Source: Phycisphaeraceae bacterium
GTDB lineage: Bacteria > Planctomycetota > Phycisphaerae > Phycisphaerales > Phycisphaeraceae
Direction: 5' to 3'
NCBI GenBank assembly: GCA_963674705.1
Contig: OY771506.1
Location: forward strand, 5,248,001 to 5,312,000
DNA length: 64,000 bases
The translations under genes were made by a program, and so were the position numbers. The first letter of the stretch is position 1; the number at the start of each line of letters is the position of its first letter. The notes under the pieces were generated by a model, which made no database searches, was not told where the DNA came from, and saw nothing but the letters and a program-made list of their open reading frames with translations. Positions 41,722 to 52,682 of the stretch are shown in pieces.

Positions 41722-44700
41722 TCATGCCGTACGTCGTCTGCTGATTACCGCACCGAACAGCACACCAAGCAAACAGCACATCGTCGGCTCAGGAATATTC
41801 GCGTTGGCTTGCGGCGGTGTACCGGTATTCCAGTTGGTTAACACACCATCAAGATCACCCAGGCCCACGTAGCCGTCGCCGTCGTAATCGCCGGAGGCAA
41901 GATCGCCTGGCGTAACGTTCGTATTCCAGTTATTCAAGATGATGTCCAGGTCGTCCAGGCCGACGTAGCCGTCGCCGTTCAGATCACCATCGATCGGCAT
42001 GTTAAACAGCACATATTCGATCGCGTCGATGTCGCCGCTGTTGATCAGGTACCCGGGGACCTGGCCGGTCAATGCCCCGCCGTCGGCTGTGGCATACAAG
42101 CCAACCGCAAGATAGACCTGCTCGGGCATGAAGCCGAATAACTGCACAAGATCGATCACACCTTCCAGCACACCGCCGTTGCCGCCGGTTGCGGCTTCGG
42201 CATAACCAGAAACATCAAACCAGCCTTCGTAATCGTTGTCGTTTTCATCGGCCAGGTAAGCGTCCCATGCTGCGATCTGCCCGCTCTTGGCCCAGTTGGC
42301 GTCCGTCATCGCGCCGGGATCAAGCGCGAGATAAATGAAGACATCATCTCCCTCGCCCGCATCATCGGTCGCGACATACAAAACCGAGCCATCGACTGCG
42401 GCATACAACGATTGCCCCGAGTCGCTGGCGACCAGTTCTGCGCCCGCATCGAGCTGCCCATCCATCACAAAGTCCGGGGGCTGAGCGCCGCTGAGCGAAA
42501 AGTGCCAATCTGAGCCGTTGTTATTATCCCATGTGCCGGAGCCATCGTTGAACACCATGTCGATCTGCGAAGCAGAAGCAAGCGTCGGCACGGTGAGAGA
42601 CCAGAGTGAATCCGTTGCGTTCCAATCCATCTCCAGATCAGTCATGACGGTGGACCAGCTATCGAAGCCGTAATGCAGGAAGACCTGCTGTGAGCCGTCG
42701 AGCACGCCGCCGGTTGGATCGTAAGTGATCGTGACCAGTTCCCCTGCGGTGGCGGGATCAGGGTCGATCGTGACTATGACATCGGGCGACACCAAAGATG
42801 AGCCGACAAAGACATGCTGGATATCCGTGCGGGTGATGTTACCGAGGCTGTCGACCGCTTCGACGTAGTAATCGACAAGGACATCTTCCAGGCCCGTGAT
42901 ATATCCGCCGTAACGTTCGGCCCGATACGTCGGGGCGAGGATGTTCGCCGGCGGCGCGACATCACTGGAACTCATCGGCACACTGACCCAGTTGCCGACC
43001 TCTGAACCACCTGCATAGGTTTCGTTCTGGATCGAATCCAATGGATTAAAACCATCATCATCGATGCGGTACTTCAACACGACATCGGTCAGGCCGCTGA
43101 CGTCGTAGGCATACGTCCAGATCTCGAAGTCGCTCGGTTCATCACCCGGGCCCCATTCCTGTCCGCCGGGGTTGTACGATTCACGCTGCGGGATAAACAC
43201 GCTCGGTGGCGTCGTTTCATCGCCTGTGTAGCTGTTGATCACCTGGTCCGCCTGCGCTACTGCCAGGTTGCTGCCGCGCGTCACATTGGAATCCCACACT
43301 TCAGTGCCGTCCCAGTACCAGTAGTCACTGGACTCGGCCGCCATCAGGTAACGCCAGGCTCGCTCGGTCGGCGTGCCGGTCGCGTTAAGGATGTTGTCCA
43401 GATTCGTCGCCGGCGCGATGTCATCTGCGGTAAAGACGCGGTTCTTCGCTGCGGTTAATACTGCCCATGAATTACGGTCCGGGCTCCAACCGGTTGAATC
43501 AGTATCTCCTAGCCACTTTTTAAATTCCGGGTCGCCGTTGTCCGCCCCCGCCCACGAACCGTTCTCGATATGCACCACATCATTTGAATCAACAGGATAG
43601 CGATCCAGGTAATCCTGGACCGTGGTCACATCGTAATTGCTGTTCGATTGTGCCCAACTGACCATGCTCTGGAAGTTGGAGTGGTAGTACGAATCGCTGC
43701 CCCCGCCGTAGTTATCGCCGTCGTGGTGCAGCATGACGAACATCGGGTGGTCCGGGTCGGTGTTGAACTGGCGGTACTGCTCCATCACCTGCTCGTACTG
43801 AAGCGCCCCGAAGCCGCCGCGTCCATCTTCGTTGCCTTCATATCGCGCAGCAGGCACCGCGACGATCTGACTGATCGCGCCTGAGTTCGGATCGACGTAC
43901 TGCACGTTGTGTGGCCGATATGCGAACGGCGCCGCTACTTTGCTTGGGGCCCAAAGGTCGTTGAGTTGAATCCATTGCCCACCATCAGCGGTGATATCAG
44001 GATTGATCTGGTCGGCCTTGTTCGGCGCGTAAAGGTTGGATGCGTTGGTGTGCGGATAGCCTTGCGTGGCTCGTTCGATGTGGATCGAATCCACGATACT
44101 CCATTCGATCCCTTCTTCGACTAACGCGGGAATGATCCGGTTGCTGAACGCCGTCTCCGGCGGGAAGATGCCTTTGCTGAACGGCACGTTCGGCCCCCAT
44201 GTCAATTCATGGATGCGCTTCTGCAGCTTGATCTGCATCGTGATGTCGCGCACATCGAGTAGCGGCATGAGCGGGTGGTTGAACCCGAAGTTCACTAGAT
44301 CAAGCCGAGGGTTGCCCTCAGCCGTGTCCCACTGCGCTGCTGTTTTGTATGACGCTTCCCAGTTCGTCCACTGCCCGCCGTTGACGCCCGCCGCTTCTAG
44401 CGTGTTGAGGTTCTGGATCAGGGAGCCGGAGAAGGACACCTGCGCCCCGAGATGCGACAGCGACAAACCCGACTGGATCGCATCCTTAGGCCAGGTTGTG
44501 TAAGGCCCAAGCCGTTGGTTGTGCACATCTGTCACACTGAATGAGAACACCCCCGACGCGTCCGTCTGCAGGATCGTCTGCCCCGGGATGTACTGAGGCT
44601 GATGCATGTGCCAGAGGAAGCCGACGTTCATGGTTTCCTGGCCATGCGCTGAGGTCACAAACGGAGAATTGGCAGCGGGCGCGACCAGCCCAAGGCCAAA

Positions 44701-44742
44701 GAGGCAGCTACCAACCCACTTTACAACACGGCAGCAAATCAT
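41722..44742 (-). CDS. GH57-like alpha-glucan hydrolase + starch-binding CBM + dockerin-like + PEP-CTERM
   Basis: WHMHQP, HPLMPL, FPPETAF, HDGDN, AESSDYWYW; FNDGSGTWDNNNGSDWH; IPEPT...RRR. Confidence 0.87.
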   Translation of the reverse strand: MICCRVVKWVGSCLFGLGLVAPAANSPFVTSAHGQETMNVGFLWHMHQPQYIPGQTILQTDASGVFSFSVTDVHNQRLGPYTTWPKDAIQSGLSLSHLGAQVSFSGSLIQNLNTLEAAGVNGGQWTNWEASYKTAAQWDTAEGNPRLDLVNFGFNHPLMPLLDVRDITMQIKLQKRIHELTWGPNVPFSKGIFPPETAFSNRIIPALVEEGIEWSIVDSIHIERATQGYPHTNASNLYAPNKADQINPDITADGGQWIQLNDLWAPSKVAAPFAYRPHNVQYVDPNSGAISQIVAVPAARYEGNEDGRGGFGALQYEQVMEQYRQFNTDPDHPMFVMLHHDGDNYGGGSDSYYHSNFQSMVSWAQSNSNYDVTTVQDYLDRYPVDSNDVVHIENGSWAGADNGDPEFKKWLGDTDSTGWSPDRNSWAVLTAAKNRVFTADDIAPATNLDNILNATGTPTERAWRYLMAAESSDYWYWDGTEVWDSNVTRGSNLAVAQADQVINSYTGDETTPPSVFIPQRESYNPGGQEWGPGDEPSDFEIWTYAYDVSGLTDVVLKYRIDDDGFNPLDSIQNETYAGGSEVGNWVSVPMSSSDVAPPANILAPTYRAERYGGYITGLEDVLVDYYVEAVDSLGNITRTDIQHVFVGSSLVSPDVIVTIDPDPATAGELVTITYDPTGGVLDGSQQVFLHYGFDSWSTVMTDLEMDWNATDSLWSLTVPTLASASQIDMVFNDGSGTWDNNNGSDWHFSLSGAQPPDFVMDGQLDAGAELVASDSGQSLYAAVDGSVLYVATDDAGEGDDVFIYLALDPGAMTDANWAKSGQIAAWDAYLADENDNDYEGWFDVSGYAEAATGGNGGVLEGVIDLVQLFGFMPEQVYLAVGLYATADGGALTGQVPGYLINSGDIDAIEYVLFNMPIDGDLNGDGYVGLDDLDIILNNWNTNVTPGDLASGDYDGDGYVGLGDLDGVLTNWNTGTPPQANANIPEPTMCCLLGVLFGAVISRRRTA

Positions 44743-45748
44743 CGAGACTCCTCCAAAACCCCCAATTTAACCGGTTAAACTGAGGCTTCATTGTAGCATG
44801 CTTCATCTGAAATACACCCCTGAACTTCAAGCCACTTCGCCTTTATCGCATGAATAATGCCTGTCTTGGGGTCTACCTCTAAACGGCTTGCGGGTTGTAA
44901 CAACACTTGTTGAATCCGTCGCGAATGAGCGCGCATGGCTGGCGTGGGAATGCGGCCGCAGCCAGTCGCTACGGTGACTGGTTGATCTTGGATATTGCGG
45001 CGATATTTGATGGATTCTGTGCTCGCTTTCATCGCGACGGCCATGTCCACCCCTCCCCCCTCCCCTGTGAGACGAATTTTTACCGTAACTCTTTTGGGTG
45101 GTATGTCTTAGCCGATGTCCGGCAAAATTGGGTAGGACGTCCGCCCCTTGACTGGCCACCGCCGCACGAGCGGTGTCGGCGTTGTGATGGCGGCTCGTAA
45201 TATCCGGTTTAGCCATGGGTTGCGGGGAGCAAGCGATTATGGGGATTGACAAAGCGTCGCTCTTGTGCGCACGGGAGGCGGACACGGATCGGACAGGACC
45301 CGGCCGGGTTGTTGAGGACGTTGGATTCGTAGACATGCAAGGGTGAGTGACCATGATCAGCTCGCGGGTGTGTGCTAATTGACAATACGATCCCCTTATA
45401 GGGGCAAACGACAGCTTTGTGCGCGCGGTATGGGATTGGTGGCTTAGTTCACCTTGCACGGGATCTGATGCTCGATCGATGTCCGAGCCGACGGGGGCTC
45501 AGGGCGGACCGAGTCGGGGGCGACGCGGCTCTGATGGTGGTCGTGGGTCATTATAAAAATAGGTTGCTTTTTGAAGCCCGGCCATTGCATGGCCAGGGCC
45601 TTCAGATGCAACCTGTGGGCTTCGATGCGCGAAGTATTCAAACAGCCCCAATACCAAATGCAAAATGTTGTACCAGTGACATTGCAGTCAGAGACTGTAT
45701 CATCGGCCTTACAGGTATCGTGATCTGTAGGTTTATCCGGAGTTTCCC

Positions 45749-46948
45749 ATGAGCGTGCATGTCCGTGAAGCGCATTTGAAGACCGCACAAAAGCTGGTGG
45801 ATGAAACCCGCGCCAACGGGGGGTTGGCGCCGATCGACCTTGATAAGTTCTGGGCGGATGACGCAGTAGCCCGTTCGGATACATGGAGCGAAACGTGCCC
45901 GCAGATGCCTTTGGGCATCCTGATGTCGCATGAGTGCGTGTGGGCGGAACTGGGTATTGAGGAGGACTGGTACAAGCTGCTGCACGACCAGGCGTACAAC
46001 CTGGAACTTTGCAAGCGCTACAACGACAAGGCGGAGCAGATCGTCGGCCGGCGGATCGTGCGGGAGGTCCAGCCGACGCCCCCGGAGCTCCGCTGGCCCG
46101 AGCCAAAACAGCTATTTCATATCTTCGAGGGCCAGGAGGTTTGGGAAGGCTGGTCGTATTGGCTGCCGGAAGTGGTCAACACGCCAAAGGATCTGGAAGC
46201 GTTACTCGACCGTGTAGAGAAGCGATTGGAAGACCTACGGTCTTTTCTGTTGCCGTCGGAATGGGATAAGCAGAAGGATCGTCTGCAAGGTCTTGGCATC
46301 CCCTCGCCGACGTATCGCGGGCAGCGCGGTCCGGTTACGTTTGCGATGTCGATCTACGGCGTGGAAAACCTGATCTACCTGATCATGGATGAACCCGACC
46401 TCGCCAAACGTTTCAGTGACCTGATCGCGCGAGCGATCCTCGGCCGGGCGCGCGTGCTGGATGAGGAACGCGGCTGGGAACCGGGCAAGGAAGAGCAGCG
46501 CGGCTGGTACTGGTGCGATGACAACTCGTGCATGTTAAATCCAGAGATGTACGACTTTTTCGCCAAGCCGATCCACCAGGCGGTCTTCGATACCTACAGC
46601 AGCAACCCCGGTGAATTGCGAGGCCAACACTCCGACTCCGACATGGCACAACACCTGCCGACACTGAACGACCTTGGCCTGAACAGCGCCAACTTCGGCC
46701 CGAATCTGACGATCGCGCAGATCCGCGAGAAAATCCCCGACGCCGAGATCCACGGCCAGATGGCGCCATTTACCTTCTGTCGCAACGAAGAAGTCAATAT
46801 CGTCGCTGAGTGTTTGCGTGACTTTGAGATGGCACGCGAAAAGCGAGGCGTTGTTCTCGCAACCGCCGGCTCGATCAACAACGGTTCACGCCTGAGTAGC
46901 CTGCGTCTGATCATGGCCGCGATCCAGCGTTTCGGCAGATACGACTGA
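45749..46948 (+). CDS. Uroporphyrinogen decarboxylase-family (MtaA/CmuA-like) protein
   Basis: RGPVTFAMSIYGVENL, CDDNS...PEMYDFFAKP, IHGQMAP. Confidence 0.8.
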   Translation: MSVHVREAHLKTAQKLVDETRANGGLAPIDLDKFWADDAVARSDTWSETCPQMPLGILMSHECVWAELGIEEDWYKLLHDQAYNLELCKRYNDKAEQIVGRRIVREVQPTPPELRWPEPKQLFHIFEGQEVWEGWSYWLPEVVNTPKDLEALLDRVEKRLEDLRSFLLPSEWDKQKDRLQGLGIPSPTYRGQRGPVTFAMSIYGVENLIYLIMDEPDLAKRFSDLIARAILGRARVLDEERGWEPGKEEQRGWYWCDDNSCMLNPEMYDFFAKPIHQAVFDTYSSNPGELRGQHSDSDMAQHLPTLNDLGLNSANFGPNLTIAQIREKIPDAEIHGQMAPFTFCRNEEVNIVAECLRDFEMAREKRGVVLATAGSINNGSRLSSLRLIMAAIQRFGRYD

Positions 46949-49282
46949 GATACGCTCAGGATCAACAACGACATCGATCCCCTCTGGATGAGATATTTGC
47001 AAGGACCACCTCTCGCCTTCGCGATTCAGTTGCAATGCTATCTCACCCATCGGTGTAGGAATACAGCCACGTAAATGCTCCAGATCGAAAACCGGATTAA
47101 CAAGTACGCGCCTGTAACCGGGCTCGATGGGTTTGATCCCGAGGCCGTAGGCGCCGAAGAAGTACGCCGGGATCGCCGACCAGCCATGACACAGACTCCC
47201 CGCGTGATGAAAATCCCAGCCGCCCTGCTCGGTTTCCCAAAAACTTGATGCGCCTTTTAAGAGCATAGGCGACCATCGATCCATGATCGCCGACCACACG
47301 GCAGGACCCAAAGCAGGATCTTGCAGTACTGCTTCATATTTATAAAGCGATTGACTCAGCGTGGTCGTTACGAGCAAATGGTCACCTGATATCAGTCGTT
47401 GTCGCAGCGAATTACTTAGTGCCTTGTCACCTGTGCCTGTAAGCAACATTAAAGCTTGCGTTAGTTCCGCGAAATGTGGCGAGGCGCTATCCCCCACATA
47501 TGTACGATAACAACCCTCTGCATTATCAAAAAAGAGGTTGTGTATCGCCGCTGCACTGTTTTCGACTAACGACCGACACTCCGCCGCATAAGTGTGATCA
47601 CCGATGTATTCCGATACCTTCCCAACCGCCCGAACAGCCATCAACCACAGCGCGTTCAACGGTGCGTCAAATCGTATTCCTTCCACAAGATTCAATCCGT
47701 TGGCCTCAGCCGGGTCAGAACCATCAAGTCCACTGGCCCAATCGTAGAAGTGCCAATACCCATCTCCGCGCGGACATGGCAGCGCATCGTTTACGAGTGT
47801 TGACTGAAAACAACCCATCATCCGCTTGATATCAGGCAACACCTGATGGATATATCCATCATCCCCACCAAAAAGATAGTAATCGCACACTGATAGCAAC
47901 CACGCCATGGTGAATCCCGGAATGGTATAAGCCGAGCGCATGGGTGCACAAAGCGTCGTGTAGCCGTCAATACCTATCGACTTTCGCAGTAATTCCAAGC
48001 TCGCACGGGGGAAGTTATGGTCACCGAACACATAGAAACCACTGAGCATCTGGTTGCGCATATCGTTGGCGTATAGCGCCTGCTCTCGCCATGGACAGTC
48101 TTCATAGTGTTCATACATGCAAAGTCGAAGCGTCTGGATCGATGTCCGCCAGACGTTGTTTGCCAGCGAGTCCGGTGATTCAAATCGGCCTACCTCTTCC
48201 ACAGAATACTTTGCGGCTACCAGCCCAACACGTTCCAATCGCAACTCACCCCTGAGCCCGGTTATATGTACCTGGATGTAACGGCCGGCGTATCTATGGT
48301 GCCAATGCGTGAACGACTGCTTGCCTTCACATGCAACGTAACGCGAAGCAAAACATCGTCCGCCAACGCTCGAACGAACACGCAGATCATCCAGGTGCTC
48401 GCCCACGGAAGTATCGATCACGCAACTATCCGACGCCGACAAACACAAATTCAAGAATCCACAGACTTCGCGACCAAGATCATACACCAGATAGAATCCA
48501 TCTGATCCTTCCAGCCGATCCGACACAAGTGTTACAGATCCACTTACAAGCTTACTCGTTGGAGACTGGTTTTCAAACAACTCCCAGGGATGGCGTGCTG
48601 AAAGAAAGTCACGTTGCATCTGCACACTTACATTCTTTGAGCTTCCCCGTTGAAGCAGACCTTGCGCAACAACAACACCCGCCACAGACTCACTCGTGTC
48701 AAGCATCTTCACCGGTCTTGGTCGAGGTTGCTGGTTGCAGGTGATTACTTGTGGAGCCGTCCAGGCTTCATCACAGACATGCTCAGGCATCTGCCAGGTA
48801 GGTCCCGGCAGCGCCGCATAGTGGAATGTGAATCCACGTTGTGGCGTCATTCTTGTAGTAGTTTCCGAAGTGTATTGTTTTGAGAGACGACTCATCGTTT
48901 GTGAGTCACTTCGTACAACAACTTCGCCATCTTTATCCAGTTCGTACCACAATCCCGCTCCGCCGGGGATATAGGATGAATTATCCACACCGCAGTAATA
49001 AACCTGGATTGCGAGCTCATTCTGGCCTTGCTGAATCAGTGGCGTGAGATCGATCGTAGAAAAGGTCCGGTCGTCAGGAAAGTCGCTGTACTGGCCGCTT
49101 CCGATGTATGCGCCATTGAGCCATGCCGCAAAATTGCTGTCGACACTGATACGAAGTGACCACAGACCGCCCAAATGCCCCACATGGATAACACGGTAAA
49201 AATCGGCGTAATAATTGATCGCCTGATCGGGTATGCGATCCAGCCAGATCCAGCTTGTGTGGACGGTTTTTTCATCTGTCAT
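46886..49282 (-). CDS. GH78 alpha-L-rhamnosidase-like glycoside hydrolase
   Basis: YDLGREVCG, DCPWREQ, GASSFWE, SLCHGWS. Confidence 0.9.
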   Translation of the reverse strand: MTDEKTVHTSWIWLDRIPDQAINYYADFYRVIHVGHLGGLWSLRISVDSNFAAWLNGAYIGSGQYSDFPDDRTFSTIDLTPLIQQGQNELAIQVYYCGVDNSSYIPGGAGLWYELDKDGEVVVRSDSQTMSRLSKQYTSETTTRMTPQRGFTFHYAALPGPTWQMPEHVCDEAWTAPQVITCNQQPRPRPVKMLDTSESVAGVVVAQGLLQRGSSKNVSVQMQRDFLSARHPWELFENQSPTSKLVSGSVTLVSDRLEGSDGFYLVYDLGREVCGFLNLCLSASDSCVIDTSVGEHLDDLRVRSSVGGRCFASRYVACEGKQSFTHWHHRYAGRYIQVHITGLRGELRLERVGLVAAKYSVEEVGRFESPDSLANNVWRTSIQTLRLCMYEHYEDCPWREQALYANDMRNQMLSGFYVFGDHNFPRASLELLRKSIGIDGYTTLCAPMRSAYTIPGFTMAWLLSVCDYYLFGGDDGYIHQVLPDIKRMMGCFQSTLVNDALPCPRGDGYWHFYDWASGLDGSDPAEANGLNLVEGIRFDAPLNALWLMAVRAVGKVSEYIGDHTYAAECRSLVENSAAAIHNLFFDNAEGCYRTYVGDSASPHFAELTQALMLLTGTGDKALSNSLRQRLISGDHLLVTTTLSQSLYKYEAVLQDPALGPAVWSAIMDRWSPMLLKGASSFWETEQGGWDFHHAGSLCHGWSAIPAYFFGAYGLGIKPIEPGYRRVLVNPVFDLEHLRGCIPTPMGEIALQLNREGERWSLQISHPEGIDVVVDPERISVVSAETLDRGHDQTQATQA

Positions 49283-49420
49283 CGCATGGCTCCAGCATCA
49301 GATTATAACTGAACGTTCAGCCCACTGGATCGCGCTATGGAAACCGCTTTTGCAGTTTGCATGATAGAATACACGCTTGGATATTGGCAGTCCGATTGGT
49401 ACTCCAGATACGGATCCATC

Positions 49421-50134
49421 ATGTTTCGAGTCATACTTGTTCTATCGCTGGCGTTTTTGTTTCTCCCTGTTACCGGATGCACCTCGGCGGAGTATTCAAA
49501 ACTACTCCAACCGCCTTTTGATCAGGCCGATCCGGGATCCGTATTGGCTTCAGACCTATGGCCAATGAAAGCTCAATCGCACAGCGTGGTTGTCACCGAC
49601 CAAGGACAACAACATGAGACGACAGACCAAACCACATCCATAGGCTCCAACGTCTGGCGCATGAGTGTCAATGGGTTCTGGATCGTGGAGGCGAGAGCAG
49701 AGGAGGACGGCTCGCTGGTCATCTTGAGTGAACTTGAACAGGCCGAAGCCAGGCGTGTTGAATATGACCCTCCCCTGCCGCTACTGCCTGCCGAATTGTG
49801 GACGGGTCAACCGGTCCGGTATACGAGTGAAGCCTATCTATACAACCACGACAGCGGCGCACTGGAAGCGACGGGCGAGGTCGTAGCCACCTATAGACTG
49901 CTGGGGAAAAAGGTGCTCAGCCCGGGGGGATTATTGCCCGGCGACGCACCAGAAGAAGCCGTCTATGTCGTCGAAACCGAACGCCACTACGACATGCCGT
50001 TGGTAGCGGTGCAGATGAAGATACTTTCCGCCTACAAACCCGGCTCGGGTCCGGTCGCCGGCCGAACCACCAGAACCGTCAAGCTGTTTGGTCTACTGCC
50101 AATCCAGCATGTGATAAGCGTGGAACAACGCTGA
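49421..50134 (+). CDS. Hypothetical lipoprotein
   Basis: MFRVILVLSLAFLFLPVTGC lipobox-like signal. Confidence 0.7.
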   Translation: MFRVILVLSLAFLFLPVTGCTSAEYSKLLQPPFDQADPGSVLASDLWPMKAQSHSVVVTDQGQQHETTDQTTSIGSNVWRMSVNGFWIVEARAEEDGSLVILSELEQAEARRVEYDPPLPLLPAELWTGQPVRYTSEAYLYNHDSGALEATGEVVATYRLLGKKVLSPGGLLPGDAPEEAVYVVETERHYDMPLVAVQMKILSAYKPGSGPVAGRTTRTVKLFGLLPIQHVISVEQR

Positions 50135-50321
50135 GAACAAAAACACCGGTGAGCAGCTTTTTATCTGGAATAATCTCAGCGGACGCGCTATCGCTGCACC
50201 ACAACTGTTATTTATTCACCAATTGGCCAGCTTATCGGACGTCTCGGACGTCTGCTTATCAAGTTACGGGTTAATACAAACGATAAGACTTACGAGATGA
50301 CGCTTTTCCAGGAGGCAGTAG

Positions 50322-50513
50322 ATGTCAGGCGTGGTACGCTTAATCTGTCCGAACCTTAAGTGTAGAAAGATCCTATCCGTGCCGGAGTCGGCACGCGGGA
50401 AAAAAGTACGTTGCCGAGGTTGTGGCATGCGCGTTCAGATCCCAACCAAAGACACGCTCTCATCCAAGACTTCGCCTCCCAAAGAAAATGAACAAGCGGA
50501 AGATGCTGCATAA
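50322..50513 (+). CDS. Small zinc-ribbon protein
   Basis: RBS GGAGG; CPNLKC...RGKKVRCRGC. Confidence 0.8.
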   Translation: MSGVVRLICPNLKCRKILSVPESARGKKVRCRGCGMRVQIPTKDTLSSKTSPPKENEQAEDAA

Positions 50514-50555
50514 AAATTAGCAGCTGCTTCATACTCACATACATGTTTATCAAAT

Positions 50556-50591
50556 AAACGCCCCCCGGTTATTACCGAGGGGTTTGTTTTT
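50556..50591. terminator. Probable bidirectional intrinsic terminator
   Basis: AAACGCCCCCCGGT-TATT-ACCGAGGGGTTTGTTTTT between convergent genes. Confidence 0.6.
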
Positions 50592-50624
50592 AAAAAGCAT
50601 CAGTTGATTCGGTCCGACAAGAAC

Positions 50625-51137
50625 TCAGCTCTTGCTGTCCAGATCAGGCAGTTCGATCTCTGCCAATTGATCCAGTGCGGCGATCGGGTCATCGTCTTCA
50701 TCACTGTCGTGCATGGTATCGCCGATCCCGCTATCGGAGATCGAGCCTATTTCTTCGAGCATGTCAGTTGGCAGAACAACCGATTCATCGTCGTCGGCTT
50801 CCTGGGAGTCCACAAGCGAACGGACCGGCTTAATGGTATTCGGCTTGCCATTGATCACCACGGTGAAGACAACCGGTCCAACGACCAACTCATCGCCTGC
50901 TTCGAGAACCGCATGGTTGACCCGGATATTATTGTGGAACGTGCCATTGCTGGACCCGACATCGCGCACGACAACCTTGTCGCCCTCGATCTTCAGTTCA
51001 CAATGTTTGCGGGAGACGCTCGATAATGGGATACGCAGGTCGCAAGAATTTTTACGGCCGATCACAAACCCATCGGGCTTGACGGGGAACTCCCGTCGGG
51101 TACTGTCCGCTTTAAACATGACCAACACGACATTCAT
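50625..51137 (-). CDS. FHA-domain protein with acidic tail
   Basis: IGR, SVSRKH, DVGSSNGTF. Confidence 0.92.
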   Translation of the reverse strand: MNVVLVMFKADSTRREFPVKPDGFVIGRKNSCDLRIPLSSVSRKHCELKIEGDKVVVRDVGSSNGTFHNNIRVNHAVLEAGDELVVGPVVFTVVINGKPNTIKPVRSLVDSQEADDDESVVLPTDMLEEIGSISDSGIGDTMHDSDEDDDPIAALDQLAEIELPDLDSKS

Positions 51138-51177
51138 GAGGCCGCCTCGCTTCCCCGATTGATCGTAACCCTATACA

Positions 51178-52503
51178 TTGCAAGAGTGTAACCCCACTAG
51201 TACCCAAGTTCAACCCCCTGCTGAAATAGGTTCTCAAAGCCCTGTTTCAGTCCATGGGGTGTACCTGCATGTGCCTTTCTGCTTCCACAAGTGCCACTAT
51301 TGTGACTTTTTCAGCATCGTTGAACCCAAGGGCCGTGAGGATCGGCAGGAGACGTTCACCGACGCGCTGATCCGGGAGTTGCATGCTCACATTGATTTAT
51401 ATCACCTTAAACCACAGACCCTTTTCGTCGGTGGTGGCACCCCGACACTGCTGAGGCCACAGCTTTGGGACAGGCTGCTCGGAGCCATATCTGATGCGGG
51501 TTTACTGGATTCAGTCACTGAATTCACGGTCGAAGCAAACCCCGAAACCGTAACCGCAGAATTGATGGCAATCCTGGCTAAAGGCGGCGTCAATCGGCTT
51601 TCGATGGGGGCACAATCCTTCAATCCAGAGCACCTGAAAACTCTCGAACGCTGGCACGACCCGGAAACCGTACCCCGGGCCATGCTCCTGGCTCGCGAAG
51701 CCGGCATCAAAAACCTGAACCTTGACCTGATCTTCGCCATACCCGGCCAGACTTTGAGCGACCTGGATCAGGACCTGGACACGATGCTGGAATTCAATCC
51801 TACGCACCTGTCCTGCTACAGCCTCATCTTCGAGCCCAACACCCCGCTGACGCAGAAGATGAAGCTTGGTCGGATCAGCCCCGTGGGCGAAGAAATTGAA
51901 CGTGACATGTACGACCACGTCATGAACCGCCTTGAAGATGCGGACTTTGAACACTACGAGATCAGCAACTGGGCGAAACGAGTGCCGAAGGCGCTGGACC
52001 CTAAAACCGAGCTGTCGGGCAACCGATGGGTCATGCCGGGTTGCTGCTCTATTATTGGCGATGACGACGTTTTTTCTTTGAGCGAGACCCAATCCCTGAC
52101 ACCCGAGACCCGATCCAACACCTGCCAACACAACCTCATCTACTGGCACAACAAAAACTGGCTGGGTTTAGGCCCAAGCGCTGCCAGCCACATCAACGGG
52201 CATCGCTGGAAGAACGAGCCGCACCTCGGCCGATATATCGCCGGTTCACCAAGTCCTCCAACACTCGATCACGAACAACTCCCTCCCCGCCGACGCCTCG
52301 GGGAACAGATCATGCTCGGTCTTCGCCTGCGCCAAGGTGTGCAACTCGACTGGCTTCAAGCAAATCTGCTGCCTGATGATCCACGACATGCAACGATCGA
52401 TGAACTGATTCAGATCGGTATGCTCGAAAAAACCGAATCACACTTGCGTCTGACCCGCCGTGGTTTATTCCTGGCCGACAGTGTGATTGCCAAACTGCTT
52501 TAA
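51178..52503 (+). CDS. hemW: Radical SAM heme chaperone HemW (HemN-like)
   Basis: YLHVPFCFHKCHYCDF, GGGTPT, EANPE, YEISNW, HNLIYW. Confidence 0.9.
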   Translation: MQECNPTSTQVQPPAEIGSQSPVSVHGVYLHVPFCFHKCHYCDFFSIVEPKGREDRQETFTDALIRELHAHIDLYHLKPQTLFVGGGTPTLLRPQLWDRLLGAISDAGLLDSVTEFTVEANPETVTAELMAILAKGGVNRLSMGAQSFNPEHLKTLERWHDPETVPRAMLLAREAGIKNLNLDLIFAIPGQTLSDLDQDLDTMLEFNPTHLSCYSLIFEPNTPLTQKMKLGRISPVGEEIERDMYDHVMNRLEDADFEHYEISNWAKRVPKALDPKTELSGNRWVMPGCCSIIGDDDVFSLSETQSLTPETRSNTCQHNLIYWHNKNWLGLGPSAASHINGHRWKNEPHLGRYIAGSPSPPTLDHEQLPPRRRLGEQIMLGLRLRQGVQLDWLQANLLPDDPRHATIDELIQIGMLEKTESHLRLTRRGLFLADSVIAKLL

Positions 52504-52682
52504 GATAACCTCTCATAAACGGGAACTTGTTCGGGTGGTTGCAAATCGATGTCACGTTCTGGTGATCCTACGTCTTGCCAGGCATGAACAGGTAACACTA
52601 TAATAAGACACACATGTCCCGATCGTGACACTGATAATCTAGTTCCACCCGAGATTTCTCGGCTTACCATAAGGGGGTAAAC

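Noticed and set aside
46886..46948. 63 bp tail-to-tail overlap of URO-D-like and GH78 genes as an antisense system
   Set aside because: Short convergent overlaps are common and need no special explanation.
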